Of a stretch of 36,200 nt of DNA, positions 1 through 11,938 are shown piece by piece. The position numbers were made by a program, and so were the translations under genes. The first letter of the stretch is position 1. Every line of letters starts with the position of its first letter. The DNA lies in sequence record SRR20825019_1688. The stretch is one strand, 5' to 3'. The notes under the pieces were generated by a model. It saw nothing but the letters and a program-made list of their open reading frames with translations, searched no databases and was not told where the DNA came from.

Positions 1-22
1 CCCCCCCCCCCCCCCCCCCCCC
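1..22. repeat. Terminal poly-C run
   Basis: 22 consecutive C at the window start. Confidence 0.9.
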
Positions 23-138
23 GCTCCCTCGGGCAAACAACAGCTGCAACGCTCCGATGCCCTTTATGAATACCTTATGAAGTCGCCGAGGTGATTTGTA
101 TGGGAGCGTTCTATTCGCTAATCCTCATCGATCTTCAG

Positions 139-3100
139 GTGATCTCATGTTCAAACTGGATTTGACGTACCTCGGCAAGATATCGCTTCACTTTCATCCC
201 CGCGCGAACAAGTACCCTTTCCAGAGGATTCTCGCATCCATTCAAGGTAGCGGCCTTTCTGCTCAGAACAAAAAGCTAGTCATGACAAAGCTGGCGGTCG
301 GTGACAGGTTGTGACTGTTTGGTTGTGTAGTCGTGCTAACGTGCTGTGCAGGAGGAGGCAGCTAACCATATTGGCACCCCAGCGGTATTTTCCGTCGTCA
401 GTTACCTCCAGGAATCAGAGCAGGCGATCTCCGAGGAGTTTGTAGCTGCTGGAGAGAGTGAGTATCAACCTGAAAAAGAAGTTGATTGCAAGATCAAGAA
501 GGATAAAGGCAAAGGAAAGGGCAGGAACGCGGAGGCGGTAGCGAAATACCAAGGTCTACTCACGGGCCTTGATGCAAAGACTGACCGGACACTAGAGCGA
601 TTGGATCAGCGGCGGAAGGAGGAAGAGGCCGAGGAGGAGAGGAGGAGGAAGAACCGGGAATACACGATGAAACTTCTGCAGGAGGAAGCGCAAAACGAGG
701 AATCGCAAACCGAGGAATCACCTGCGCGCGGTGCCTCTAGTGTCACTACGGAGGCGAGCAAGGTTAAAAAGGGAAATAATCGCCCCAGCGGTAGCTCTGG
801 CAATGGGAATACGAAAAAGGATACTTCCAAGAAGGCAGTCGGAAGCGAACAGTCCCCCTCTGTCCGTCAGGTGACGGACAGAGGTGATACCGTGATCAAT
901 GCCAAGTATGTGCCACTGCCTAGGAATGCAGAGAAGTTGGCGGAAACGTCGAGGAAGTTGAAGCAGGAATTTGCGGAGAAGCTTGGCGTTCCTAAGTTCA
1001 AAGATATGCAAAAAACCCGGAAGAAACTCCCTGCCTCCTCATTTTCCAGAACTGTTGTGGATGCTGTTGGTGCCAGCCAAGTTGTAATTGTGAGCGGAGA
1101 GACGGGGTGCGGAAAGGTGAGTCACCTGTGGCTTTTCTGGCCGTAGCTATTCTTAACGGTTGCCATACCCCAGACCACGCAGGTTCCCCAGTTTGTTCTT
1201 GACGATATGATATCGCGCGGAGAAGGCGCCTCTTGCAACATGATATGCACCCAGCCCCGCCGCCTGTCCGCGATTGCTGTAGCAGAAAGAGTGGCTGAGG
1301 AGCGACTCGAGAGCATAGGTATGATACGATGTGTAGTGGCGCTCTATCTTGTCATTGATGGCTGTGGCCCAGGCGAGACGGTGGGATACCAGATCCGATT
1401 AGAAGCAGAAAGGAGCCGGAAAACCCGTCTGTTGTTTTGCACAACAGGTGTCTTGCTGAGACGACTGCAGGGAGACCCATTCTTGCGGGAGGTGTCACAC
1501 ATATTTGTGGATGAAGTCCATGAACGGGGCATCGACACTGACTTTCTGTTGATTATCCTGAAGGAGATGCTGAAGCAACGCAAGGACATCAAACTGATCC
1601 TCATGTCCGCATCGTTGAATGCAGAGGCTTTTTCCAAGTATTTCGGAAATGCTCCGATTGTGGAGATTCCCGGACGAACGTACCCTGTGACCGAGTATTT
1701 TGTAGAAGATTTGATAGAAAAGAGCGGGTATGCCCTTGAGGATGATTCGCCGTACATCAAGAAGACAACTGCCCCGAAAAAGGAACATAAGAAAGACTCA
1801 CGCGTGATGGACGATAAGGCACGGTACACCGAGGTAGTTACCCTGGATGGAGTGAAACAGGCGATCGGTAGGGGCTACTCGGATCGCACATACCGCGCCG
1901 TTGCCCGGATGGACGACGAGAAGGTTAACTATGACCTGGTAGAGGAGGCGGTGAGATATATTCACCACAATCTCAAGGATGGGGCCATTCTTATCTTCAT
2001 GCCGGGACTGATGGAGATCTCCACTCTGTACGACCAGTTGATGAGCGTTCGGGAGTTCCGCGATGGTGGGTTACTGATATGCCCACTACACTCGACCCTG
2101 TCAACAGTGGATCAGCACAAAATATTTAATCGACCACCCCGCGGTGTAAGAAAGGTGGTTATTGCCACCAATATCGCGGAGACTTCCATCACGATTGATG
2201 ATGTTGTGTTTGTCATCGACTCTGGAAGAGTGAAAGAGAATCGTTACGATAGCCAAAAGAAGATGGCATGCCTGATGGAGACATGGATTGCGCGCGCCAG
2301 TGCCCGGCAGCGCAAGGGGCGTGCAGGTCGTGTCCAGGAGGGGTATTGCTTCAGGTTGTATTCGTCTCTTCGTGAAAAGAAGATGTCTGACTATCAGGCT
2401 CCCGAGATACTCCGTACGTCTCTTGACGGCCTCTGTCTAAATATCAAGGCAATAGGACTTGGTCGACCGGAAGCATTCCTGAGCAAAGCATTAGACCCTG
2501 TCGGCGAGCTCACAGTGCGTGCTGCAACTGCGACTCTGACTGAAGTAGGTGCTTTGGACGCGGACCAGCAGCTGACACCACTCGGAAGACATCTGGCCGC
2601 CCTCCCTGTGGACACACGCGTGGGAAAGATGATGCTCTTTGGAGCGATATTCCAGTGCCTCGACCCTGTTCTCACCATCGCTGCATCCATATCATTGCGC
2701 TCTCCATTCGTGGCACCCATGGAGAAAAGAGACCAAGCAGATGAAGCAAAGAGACGGCTTGCAGATCCCAAGAGTGATCACATGACAGTCCTGAAAGCAT
2801 ACAACGGCTGGCGCCGCGCTGCCAGCCGGAATCAGTACTGCAGCGAGCACTTTCTGTCGCGAAAGACCTTGGAGATGATTACGGATCTGAAGAAGCAGTT
2901 TGCGCAGTTGTTGCTCGACATTGGTTTCATTGAGACAGACCGTTCTAGGGTACAAGGTGACAAGGGCGGAGGATCTGGTCTTATAGGTGGGGAGAAGCAC
3001 AATATTAACGCCGAGAACCATCGGCTGGTGAAGGCGATTTTATGCGCCGGGTTGTACCCACAGGTTTTCAAGGCCGTGTTCAACCCAAAGAATGAGAAAG

Positions 3101-3519
3101 ATGTCAAGTTTACCTCGAGCCGAGGCGATGTAATGATCCATCCTTGCTCGGTGATGTTCAACCAGACGGAGATGGATTCTCCATGGTTCGTGTATCACGA
3201 ACTCGTGAAAACGACACAGGTGTACGTGAGAGATTGTACAATGACGTCGCCTTATGCTCTTCTGCTATTCGGAGGAGACTTGACGGTTCAGCACGAGAAG
3301 CAACTCATCACCATTGACAACTGGATCACATTCAAATCCCCACCCAAAACTGCTGTTCTCGTCAAGGAACTACGGGCATTGTTGGACGAGCTGCTGGTTC
3401 GAAAGATCGAGAACCCATCGGTGGATATATCAAGTGAAGGTTATAATCTGATCCAGGCAGTTGCTGAGCTGCTCTCGACTGAGCGAACAATGGGCCGTGC
3501 CCTGTCCGTAACCATGTAG
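139..3519 (+). CDS. DEAH-box RNA helicase with N-terminal RWD domain (DHX57/DHX29/DHX36 group); 5' end unresolved, probably truncated
   Basis: Introns 297-351, 1117-1173 and 1319-1372 join the ORFs. Splicing restores GETGCGK|TTQVPQ; also TQPRR, DEVHER, MSAS, ATNIAETSITI, QRKGRAGR and HA2/OB-like C-terminus. RWD-like segment KYP...EEAANHIGTPAVFSVVSYLQE near the start. Confidence 0.93.
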
Positions 3520-3574
3520 TCTCCCCGATCGTAGTAATATAATTCGATGTCACATTTGTTAATTTATTGCCCAG

Positions 3575-5164
3575 CTAGATCGACATCGAAGGCCCGGCGT
3601 TGTCTTCGAAACGCCTGTACGTCCCACCTTCATCGCAGTTTTCTGGTACAGGCTGCTCCTCGTTTTCATCCACAGCTTCGTATTTGTGTGACGACACCAC
3701 CCCTGCAAATAGAACGCACATCAATTAAGGGCCACACTACGGCTAGAATACCATGGCAATCACCTTTGTTAGGCCACAGTTGCAACGCAATAAAGTCACT
3801 GACGATGGTAGCAACACCCAGCAACCCCAATCCGGCGCCAATCTTCACGAGGAGTTGCACGATGCTGAATTTCCCACCAGAGCCGCTCACTACGAATACC
3901 AGCCGGGCACCATATACCTTGATGAGATCCCTCACCGTCGTGCCATCGCTGTTCTGGCTATACGTCGCATACCGGTAGTTGTAGCCTTTGGAAAGCTTAG
4001 AAGTAGGGTCATCCAGCCGCGTAAATATCTGAGGAGCACATCAGAAGTATTGCAATGTTCGATTTAGAATTACGAACCAACTGTGGCTTGCAATCAGAGG
4101 GGCAACTTTTGGGATTTGCCCACCACCAAGTGCCTTTATCAAGGTCACAGTTGTATCTCAGAAACATCCCAACCACGACTCCCTGGTTACAACTTCATTG
4201 GCGTGCTTCAAAATCGACATATATAGGCAGCCTACCGAGTCCTTAATATCATCCCAAGCATACCCGCTCTGTTGAACCACAGATTCCATTGAAAACAAGT
4301 TCCTCCCCATGACAAGACTATCGTCATTGTCGTTGGTGCAGATAACCTGATACTTTGGGAACTACGAATGCAAGCTAAGTACAAACTTCAGGGATTTTGC
4401 TTCAGCCGCATACCTTGACAGTCGCACGCACAAAAACGGTGAAGTTGCCTACATTCGTCAGGGTAAACCCTGGCTTGTGACCAGGGAGTTCCTCTTCCAC
4501 AGGACACCATGCATATATCTCACATTTCCCATCGACACACTTCCCGGTGGTCAGCCCACTTGTTGTGCTCGCTAGTTTGGGACACGGGTGTTTGCTATCA
4601 CAAGTAACATCCCCATTTCCCGGGAATAAGTACTTTTCTTCGGTTCCAGTGCACTTGCCCCTCGTCTGCCCTGTGGTATTCAAAAAGGATGTAGTTACAA
4701 ACAGAGCATTCTCCTCTTTTGGTGGCATGACCACGTCAGTGGAATCCCAAATGGTGATCGATCCATCAGGGGCTTCAAAGTACCCATTTCCCTTGACTGC
4801 ATGGGACCCTTAAACCCAACGTAAGGCATGGCGAAACCTCCTGACGCACCTTTAACTGATATATTTCCAACAATGGGACTCGGGTCCTGATATCCTTTCT
4901 ACAACACCAGTCAAGATCGAGCTTGGATACCCCCCACCCCACCCCGGGTCCAAAATATACCTGATAGATGATGGAAAAACCAATGACATATAGAAGAATC
5001 GCTAACTGGAAGAGATGGTGAATGAGACCCAGCTTCCAGCTCTGAACTTTTACAATCTACAGGGAAGCCTGTCAGAATGACATACACACAGGCCTTGAAC
5101 TTTTCACCTTCACAGTGTTGTAGTAGAAGGCCTCAACTACAACCTGGCCAAGACTTCTTCCCAT
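3575..5164 (-). CDS. P2X receptor (ATP-gated cation channel)
   Basis: Eight exons; introns 5107-5057, 4960-4899, 4849-4797, 4413-4362, 4235-4183, 4077-4029, 3763-3703. Motifs YNTVK, TM1, KGYQ, SVKVKG, WDSTD, CEIYAWCPVE, NFTVF, CDLD, FTRLD, GYNYRYA, RDLIKVYG, GKFS, TM2, HKYEAV. AATAAA on the minus strand at 3563-3568. Confidence 0.95.
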
Positions 5165-5205
5165 GGCGCCGCTTTCTCACTTGGAACGACTGAGTTGAGG
5201 ATGAT

Positions 5206-5215
5206 TTTATAAATA
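5206..5215 (-). promoter_or_regulatory. TATA-like element upstream of P2X
   Basis: TATTTATAAA on the minus strand about 42-51 nt upstream of the ATG at 5164. Similar elements precede NDUFB4 (11887), the subtilase (14457) and OSTC (31873). Confidence 0.55.
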
Positions 5216-5224
5216 CGACTCTGC

Positions 5225-5660
5225 ACACGGCTCGGACCGGTCGGGTGAGCGCCAGTCCTCATGACCAGGCCGGAACTCCAGGGGTCACTATAGTGGCCCG
5301 GTTCTGGTCGTGCCTAAGGACTGAACTTCGTGCACCAGTACCAAACGAAGTCAGCGCCTATGCCTGGGCTTGGGAGCAGGGGCTCGCACGACCGACCGTG
5401 AGCCGGCCCGGCGATCACCGGTACGTGTCAGCGGCCCCTGGTCCGGCCGTCACCGCGACCGTGAGGCGTGACCGTGGCCGGAAACCGCCGGGATGCCATC
5501 CTCCTGCGGCCGGGCCATGTCACGGTGCTGACCGACGGCTCACCGGCCGCGGCCGGTGCCCCGCGGCCGGCAGCAGCGCGCTCTGCTGCGGCCGGCTCAG
5601 TGCCACTCACCGCCGGTCAGGCCCCGAGCGTGAATGCGGTCGGGGTGCCGGGAGGTCACC
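5225..5660. promoter_or_regulatory. GC-rich island between divergent P2X and RPL9
   Basis: Very GC- and CpG-rich non-coding stretch; ORFs here are low-complexity Arg/Gly/Pro/Ala. Confidence 0.5.
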
Positions 5661-6167
5661 GCCGTTTCAGTAATGGGTTTCGTCACATCACCGAGTGCGG
5701 AGTTTCCCGATCCGATCTATGAATATTCTAGATTCACCCGTGAAACCGTACAGAAAAAACGCACAAATCCTTTTTCGTTGTTCATTATCGGTTTATTTCG
5801 TTATATGGGGAGCACCCGACTGAACGAAAGTAATTATCGTCGGGACGGCGATCAAACAAGGGCGGTGTCCGATAACCCGCTCATCCGGGTCACCTGTGAC
5901 AGTGCTGCATGCATCAAGACAGCGCCAGAGCAAGCCGGAATCAGCAAGGCACTCCTGCACACGGGAGTGTTATGGTTGCTATGTTAGGTCGTGGTACGCA
6001 TGGCGGAGGCAACCTTCGAACCAAGCCGGGGTCCTTCTTGGTCACGCCCCGGCTCGTTTTCTTCGTAGTTCGGGTGTGTGTAGAGACTTGCACACGCACG
6101 GAATCAGCACATGTCATATATTGGACGCCTTCCTCCTAGCCTGAAATCACGCGAGCTAGAGCCACAG

Positions 6168-6423
6168 GTATGAACTAGGCACATTGGTTGTTGGGTTAGG
6201 GTTCTTGTTGAGATTTCCATGGATTTCGGTGGGACTTGGCCGGGGACGAGAGTGCATTGGGACTTTTTGTAGGCATGGGTGGGGCTGCATTTGCGATCAC
6301 AACTCTAGAAGGGAGTGGGCGTTAAAGCTGGGCACCGCTGGCTTGCCAAGCGCTTTATTTATTGTTTTGTGGATTTGGCTCGAAGTGATAACGATGTACT
6401 AACTGGGTTGGTTTCTTGTGCAG
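6168..6423 (+). other. 5'UTR intron of RPL9 (256 nt)
   Basis: CAG|GTATGA donor, perfect TACTAAC branch point at 6397-6403, pyrimidine-rich stretch and TGCAG acceptor. Confidence 0.7.
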
Positions 6424-6447
6424 GTCCGTCAATTTACTCGACTAAAT

Positions 6448-7127
6448 ATGTAAGTTTTGCTGCGAGACGTGCTGGAGCACTGAGCTAACGAAACTGTTTT
6501 AGGCCTAAGGCCATTTTCTCCAGCCAGACTGTTACCATCCCCGAGGGTGTGACTTATGAGGTCAAGTCCCGTAAGATCAAGGTTACCGGTCCCCGCGGTA
6601 GCCTCACCAAGGAGTTCAAGCACTTGTCCGTCGACATCATCCCCGTTGATGCTTCCACCATCAGGGTTGAGCTTTGGTTCGGTACCAAGAAGGATATTGC
6701 TTGTGTGCGCACTGTGTGCTCCCACATCAACAACTTGGTCGTTGGTGTGACCCGTGGTTACAAGTACAAGATGAAGGCCGCCTATGCGCATTTCCCCATC
6801 AACACCTCCATCTCTGACAACGGTGAGAACATCGAGATCCGTAACTTCTTGGGTGAGCGCCGTGTCCGTTCCGTGGATATGTTGGACGGTGTAAAGGTTG
6901 AGCGTTCCTCCGTGAAGGATGAGATCATCCTTACTGGTAACGATCTTGAGAACGTTTCTCAGTCCGGTATGTCCTGCAGACAGGTTTTTTTGTGTTTGTG
7001 TTTCTGATTGGTTTGGTTTCCAGCTGCCTCCATCATGCAGTCCTGCCTTGTCAAGAGGAAGGATATCCGTAAGTTCTTGGATGGTATCTATGTCTCCTTC
7101 AAGGGCAATGTTGTCGAGGAGGAATAA
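6448..7127 (+). CDS. RPL9: 60S ribosomal protein L9 (uL6)
   Basis: The ATG is split AT|G by intron 6450-6502; second intron 6967-7023. Protein [17 protein letters not shown]...VTGPRG...YAHFPIN...RNFLGE...[13 protein letters not shown]. Strong C/T-ending codon bias. Confidence 0.97.
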
Positions 7128-7208
7128 ATTGTACGCCTCGGTTTCCTGGGCTCGCGGCTTGAAAACTAAAAAAAAACAAAAAAAACATGGCTTTACGTTT
7201 CTTACTTT

Positions 7209-8477
7209 TTATTCTTGGACTAGAACTGACTGACTATCGAAGTCAAAGCCTACTGCTCCGAGCGCCTTAAAGAACATTGTTCCAAATACCATGTTGAATC
7301 GGTAGTCAGTTGGATTGTAGTAATGGATTGCCATGGTGCATCGACGCGCCCCTGTTGCGTCTCTTGTGTTGACCAAATGTTCGGGAGGAATTTGTACTTC
7401 AACGGTTCCGTTACTTCCATCGCCTTCCTTATCCAACACCACTGTCAGCGGCGCAAGATCCTCAACGCCCACACAGTCAATTGGTATTTGAAGGGCAGCC
7501 TTCAAGGCGGATATGAAGTTGACCTTCCCCTGGGCACCCGTGGCAGCCATACCAGCCCAGCCACTGTCAACCAATGCCTTACAAGAGAACCCAAACCGCT
7601 TATACGGAGGCTTTGGGCACAGTCCACCCCCCACAGACTTACCCTTGTACAGAATGTCGACTACCCTCACAATCCACTTCGCAGAGTTGATGGACCTCAC
7701 CGAGGCCATCGACTTGGCCGGCAAGGTCGGAATGCCACCAAATACTAGAGACCCCACTGCACCGGCTGTGCGGGCTAAGCTCTTATCAGTGATAAATGTC
7801 ACGACAGGTGACGGAACTGTTTTGAGAATCTTCATGGCCTCCATGAATGAAGGAATCTCTTGGCCAGTTTTATAAGGTCCCCATTCGGATGGCACTTCCC
7901 ATCCCATTGCTACCCCCATGTTCATTCCCAATATGCCACTGTATTCTCTTACACCTGTGCGTTTCTGCGTTGTCCTCATGAATATGAATGGCGTCTTGAC
8001 TGAGCCAGGACCTCCAGCGGCAAGACCAGACAAGGTAACAAAGTCTCCAGTAAGGAACCCTGTCATATTCCGCACGCCAACCTCACTGTGGTACTGAACG
8101 TACTCCGCCGTTCTTGTGCAGGCTGGTTCAAGCTTTTCGACAGTAGGCGAGCTACCCTCACATCCATGATACACCGCATTACCTCCCCCGGCAGCGGTTG
8201 AGACCCATGTCTTGGAACTTCCAGTATCTAGTTTCAACGGAATATCGCGCGAGTGCCCAATATCTACCTTCGTATAATAGTAGTCACCTGAAGATTCAAT
8301 TAAAAAGGAAGTCACTGAAGTACACGCGGGTGCGCTTTTACCATGCTTGTCACTGAATAGATCTACTACAAAGGGAGCGTGGCCACTGCCTGTCAGGTCA
8401 GCCTCGACAGTAGTGGTTGTTGCCAAAGCGAAAGCTGCACTAAACACAATGAGAGTGCAGACTCCGTGAAGTCTCAT
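7209..8477 (-). CDS. Secreted pepsin-like (A1) aspartic protease
   Basis: Intronless. Signal peptide MRLHGVCTLIVFSAAFALA; catalytic motifs LDTGSS and VDSG; psi-loop motifs GILG and VFG. Confidence 0.85.
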   Translation of the reverse strand: MRLHGVCTLIVFSAAFALATTTTVEADLTGSGHAPFVVDLFSDKHGKSAPACTSVTSFLIESSGDYYYTKVDIGHSRDIPLKLDTGSSKTWVSTAAGGGNAVYHGCEGSSPTVEKLEPACTRTAEYVQYHSEVGVRNMTGFLTGDFVTLSGLAAGGPGSVKTPFIFMRTTQKRTGVREYSGILGMNMGVAMGWEVPSEWGPYKTGQEIPSFMEAMKILKTVPSPVVTFITDKSLARTAGAVGSLVFGGIPTLPAKSMASVRSINSAKWIVRVVDILYKGKSVGGGLCPKPPYKRFGFSCKALVDSGWAGMAATGAQGKVNFISALKAALQIPIDCVGVEDLAPLTVVLDKEGDGSNGTVEVQIPPEHLVNTRDATGARRCTMAIHYYNPTDYRFNMVFGTMFFKALGAVGFDFDSQSVLVQE

Positions 8478-8604
8478 GGTCGGTCGGCTGAGAGTAAAAT
8501 GGTTTCCCCATGATGTTATGCCGAGACCGACGGTCGTCTTGAGTGGCATGGACGACATGGCCGGCAATCAAAGGCTGTGAAACACTGACACACACCCACA
8601 CACG

Positions 8605-8925
8605 TCCGCCAACTGGCCCGGCCTCAAGCCCGGACGGGCCCGGGCCACATAGGGGCGCCTGAGCCGGTTGGTGCCGTGGCAGACGCCGCCCCGGGGCCGC
8701 GCGGCGCACGGCCGCCGGGGACAGGGGGCACCCGCCCGGACCTGCCCGGCCGCGCCGGCGCGCGCTCGGCCTGCCGGGGCGAGGCAGTCCACCAGGCTGT
8801 GCGCCCAGCATTCAGATTGATGGTCCGACGGATCGGGCCAGTCCGGCGCCCGGCGGGCCGGCGCCGGCGGATCGGGCGGACTGTGCACCCGGGCCGCCGC
8901 TGGCTCACGGTCCGGGACGGGCTGA
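8605..8925. promoter_or_regulatory. GC-rich island upstream of the aspartic protease
   Basis: Very GC-rich non-coding stretch 5' of a minus-strand gene. Confidence 0.5.
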
Positions 8926-9188
8926 AAACCGATCGGATTACGAGTATCCACAACATTGGGTGTATGCCAGTGCAGCCGAGCACGTTTATCATATGTCTCA
9001 GATCTCAACGCTTTCTGGGGGAAAGGCACCGCTGTGTAGCTGAGCTGTCACAGGTGTCGCAGGGGACATACCGGCTATAGACTACAAATGATCACAAAAG
9101 TGCCGCATATCAAGTCCATGCGAGCGTAGAGAAGGTGGGGTCCCCTGCCCAGAAGGAGGAAACCTAAACCCAGATTTGGCGACGGCGC

Positions 9189-11184
9189 TTAGTTTCCGCC
9201 GTTCAATTCCTCATCCAACTCCATCTGATCCTCACTGCTCTCACGCTTCGGTGTCGGGGAAGGCGTAGAAGATTTTTTCTTAGGGGATCCTCTTGTCTTT
9301 TCGACATCATCCACATCCATTGCAGGCGCCCCTTCTTCCCCCGGCATATCAGACTCGGGCGCCTTCCTCTTCGCAGGGAAGCTGACTTTAAGGCTCACAC
9401 CAGCATCTCCGCTATCCTCATTGGGGTCATCCTTAGTCGACTTGTCTTTCTCCGCGGCTTTGCCGCTCCCAGCACCCCTCGCTTCTTCCTCGGCCTTCTT
9501 TTTCTTTTTCTTTTTCTTCTTCATCCTCTCTTCCGGAGAGATAGCCCACTCCGTCGCATCGCGTTGCTTGTGGAGGTACTTCCACACTTTTTCAACTGAG
9601 TCATACTCTAAGCAGGGGTCACTCTCTAAGTGAAGCCGATCAAGGGCACCACTCACGGCCTTATGTAAGGCAAGGTGCGTGATGCCCTTCGCAAGGTACT
9701 GCGAATCTCGCACTAACCAGCAAATATCTGCCCTCGTACCCACGCCCTTGGGCAACCGGGCAGCAGCATCCCTGGTAAGGTTCACAATCGTGACGGGTGG
9801 AGGACGTTCGTCACGTAGGAATGTATGCTGGCGCGATTTCGTTTTAGATGTACTGAATGCCGGGCCCACTGTTGAGGTCTCTTTGCCATGGCTAAAGACG
9901 AATGGCTTGGCTGCTGCAAGGTACCTTCGCCGTTCTTGAAGATGGAACTTCCTTCCCCATCGCTTGGCAGTCGGCTTCTCCCCTGGAAGTGGACCGAGGT
10001 TGTCCTCTTCTTCGGCATCATCATCCTCCTCCTCTTCAAATACAGCATTCGTCTCAACTTCGTTGGTAAGATCCAGATATTGCTCGCAGAAGGCGCGGTT
10101 GACCTTATTCACATAATCATCAGTTACCTCAGCGCCCGTGAATTCCCACACACCATCACCGCCATTAATGTATGTGTGGGGCATGTGGCCGGCCTTGTTC
10201 GCCACTGGAACCTCCTTCACAATCTTCACAACACTCCCCCCCTGAGTCCATACACCAACCCCCTCAAGATAATTCATCAACATCGGAGCAATAAGTTCAG
10301 AGGAGAACCCTGCTACCAGCCCACGGGTACCAATGGTGCCTTCCAACGCACCGACTATTGCGCTAAGCTGTTAAATATAATTTGTCAGATGCAGCATCAC
10401 CACCGAAAAATATGAAATCCCGTACCTTCACAGGCTTGCCAGCGCCAATTTCTTTCATCGCATTAAGGACAGGATGCACAATGTGAGGAGCTGTGCCTTT
10501 CACTGACTCAAACTCGGCTCCCTTATACCTAGTTATGCTGTCCTCAGATTTCACAGAACGCGAGTCATCCTGGTTCTCAGAATAAATGCTCTCTTCGTCA
10601 TCACTGACATGGATATGCTCTGGCTGCCCATGGAAGTTCGCCCGCATGTATCGCCTGCGTGCAAGTCGAGCACGCCGGGCCGTTTTTTCGAGGTGCTCCT
10701 CCAATACCAGCTTGGCATTCATCCGGCTAATTTTTGATATCTCTTCCCTCAAAATCTCGCAACCCGGAGAGAACTTACCAACTTTGGCATCTCTGCAGAA
10801 TTTCTTGACGGGATCCATACCAAAAGACGCCGCTTTTCCGCCAAAGAGTTTCCTCAGGGCCTCGGTGGCGTCAATGCCCTTAGGTAGATGCTCCTTTAGT
10901 TTTGATTTGACGGGCTCAGGGAGCATGGCGAAGGCGGCTATGTTGAGGCATTTCTCCGTCAACAATGCTTCATCTTCAACGAGCCGTACAGGGATGCGTA
11001 CAGATGCTGAGCCTACAACTAGTTCCTCCATGCCTGTCAGACCATCCACTTCCGTCTTGGTTATCCTTCTATCAATCATGCCAGCGCACCATCTGACATA
11101 GACCCAATGCTTCCCGCTCGCGACGTCGTGGAAGTCAAAGCTAACCGCAGCAACATGGGGCTCGCGCCAGGTGTCAGATGCCAT
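9189..11184 (-). CDS. NFRKB: NFRKB-like INO80 complex subunit (DEUBAD-like region plus C-terminal winged helix); start codon uncertain (11184, 11156 or 11079)
   Basis: Intron 10425-10368 joins the two ORFs; a probable further intron lies at 11145-11093. RDAAARLPKGVGTRADICWLVRDSQY...VSGALDRLHLESDPC is the NFRKB signature; LKEHLP...LRKLF...FG.DP is DEUBAD-like. Confidence 0.85.
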
Positions 11185-11730
11185 CCGGGGTGGCCTGGTC
11201 GGCCCCAGCCCGGTTCGGCGATGGGCCCCGCCCTACTAGCACCCGACCTGGCGGCGCCTGGCTTTGCTGCGCAGCACTGGGGCTCCGTGGAGACCGGACG
11301 GGACCCGCGCTGAGAGGCCCGGTTTGGGGCCGCCCGGCCCCGGGCTGAGAGCCGCCGGGATGATTGTCAATTGAACAAGGGTTTTCAAAGCCACCCTTGA
11401 GTTTCGGAACACCGGATATTCGGGATGTAACGTCAGCGCTTTGCAGTGCCTGTCTGACTTGCACACACTCCGCACCGGCTGCCGGCCGCCGGGCCCGGAC
11501 ACCCGGAGCCCGCGGCACCGGGGCCGAGAGCCTGCGGCGCCGGGCGGCCCGTGGGCCGCGCTCAGCGCGGCCGCTCCCCCAGCCGCCCCTGACCGGCCCC
11601 CCGCGGCCCCGGCCGCTGTCCCGGTCCGGGCTGGGGCGTTTCGGGCAGCCCGGCTCAGACCGCCCCCGCCCCGCCCCCCAAGCCCCCCGCCGCACTACGC
11701 ACGGCCCATTTTTGCCCGGCCGCGCCTGCA
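11185..11730. promoter_or_regulatory. GC-rich island between divergent NFRKB and NDUFB4
   Basis: Very GC-rich non-coding stretch between two 5' ends. Confidence 0.5.
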
Positions 11731-11938
11731 CTAGTCTTTTGCCAACAACCTGTCCTAGCTAGCAGCGCGACGGCCCGTCAAACCCTTTCGAGTCGACCCG
11801 TTGTAGCCAGCCACTAGTCCACTCACCACCCATCAAGTGCAGGCTTCAGTGGTTGTTCAGGTGACCCAGCGCCTGTAGTTACTTTTTATAAATGCACGAC
11901 GAAGAGAGCATGCCGTTGCTGTTTGCCTGGATAAAGAG

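Noticed and set aside
5245-5722. Arg/Gly/Pro/Ala-rich ORFs in the GC islands (also 8440-9080, 11174-11762, 13568-13912, 20983-21301, 24676-25553, 30832-31949, 33783-34646)
   Set aside because: Several frames on both strands are open at once because stop codons are rare at extreme GC; the products are low-complexity and have no domain motifs.
5810-5885. Hairpins CCCGAC..GTCGGG and GGGCGG..CCGCTC with a CTGAACGAAA core suggestive of a hammerhead ribozyme
   Set aside because: The core does not fit CUGANGA-stem II-GAAA and no three-stem junction can be built.
5990-6060. GGTTCGAA on the minus strand, like a tRNA T-loop
   Set aside because: No cloverleaf, acceptor stem or D-arm can be formed.
8478-8567. 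30-aa N-terminal extension of the aspartic protease ORF
   Set aside because: It begins at a non-ATG codon and the signal peptide starts at the ATG at 8477.
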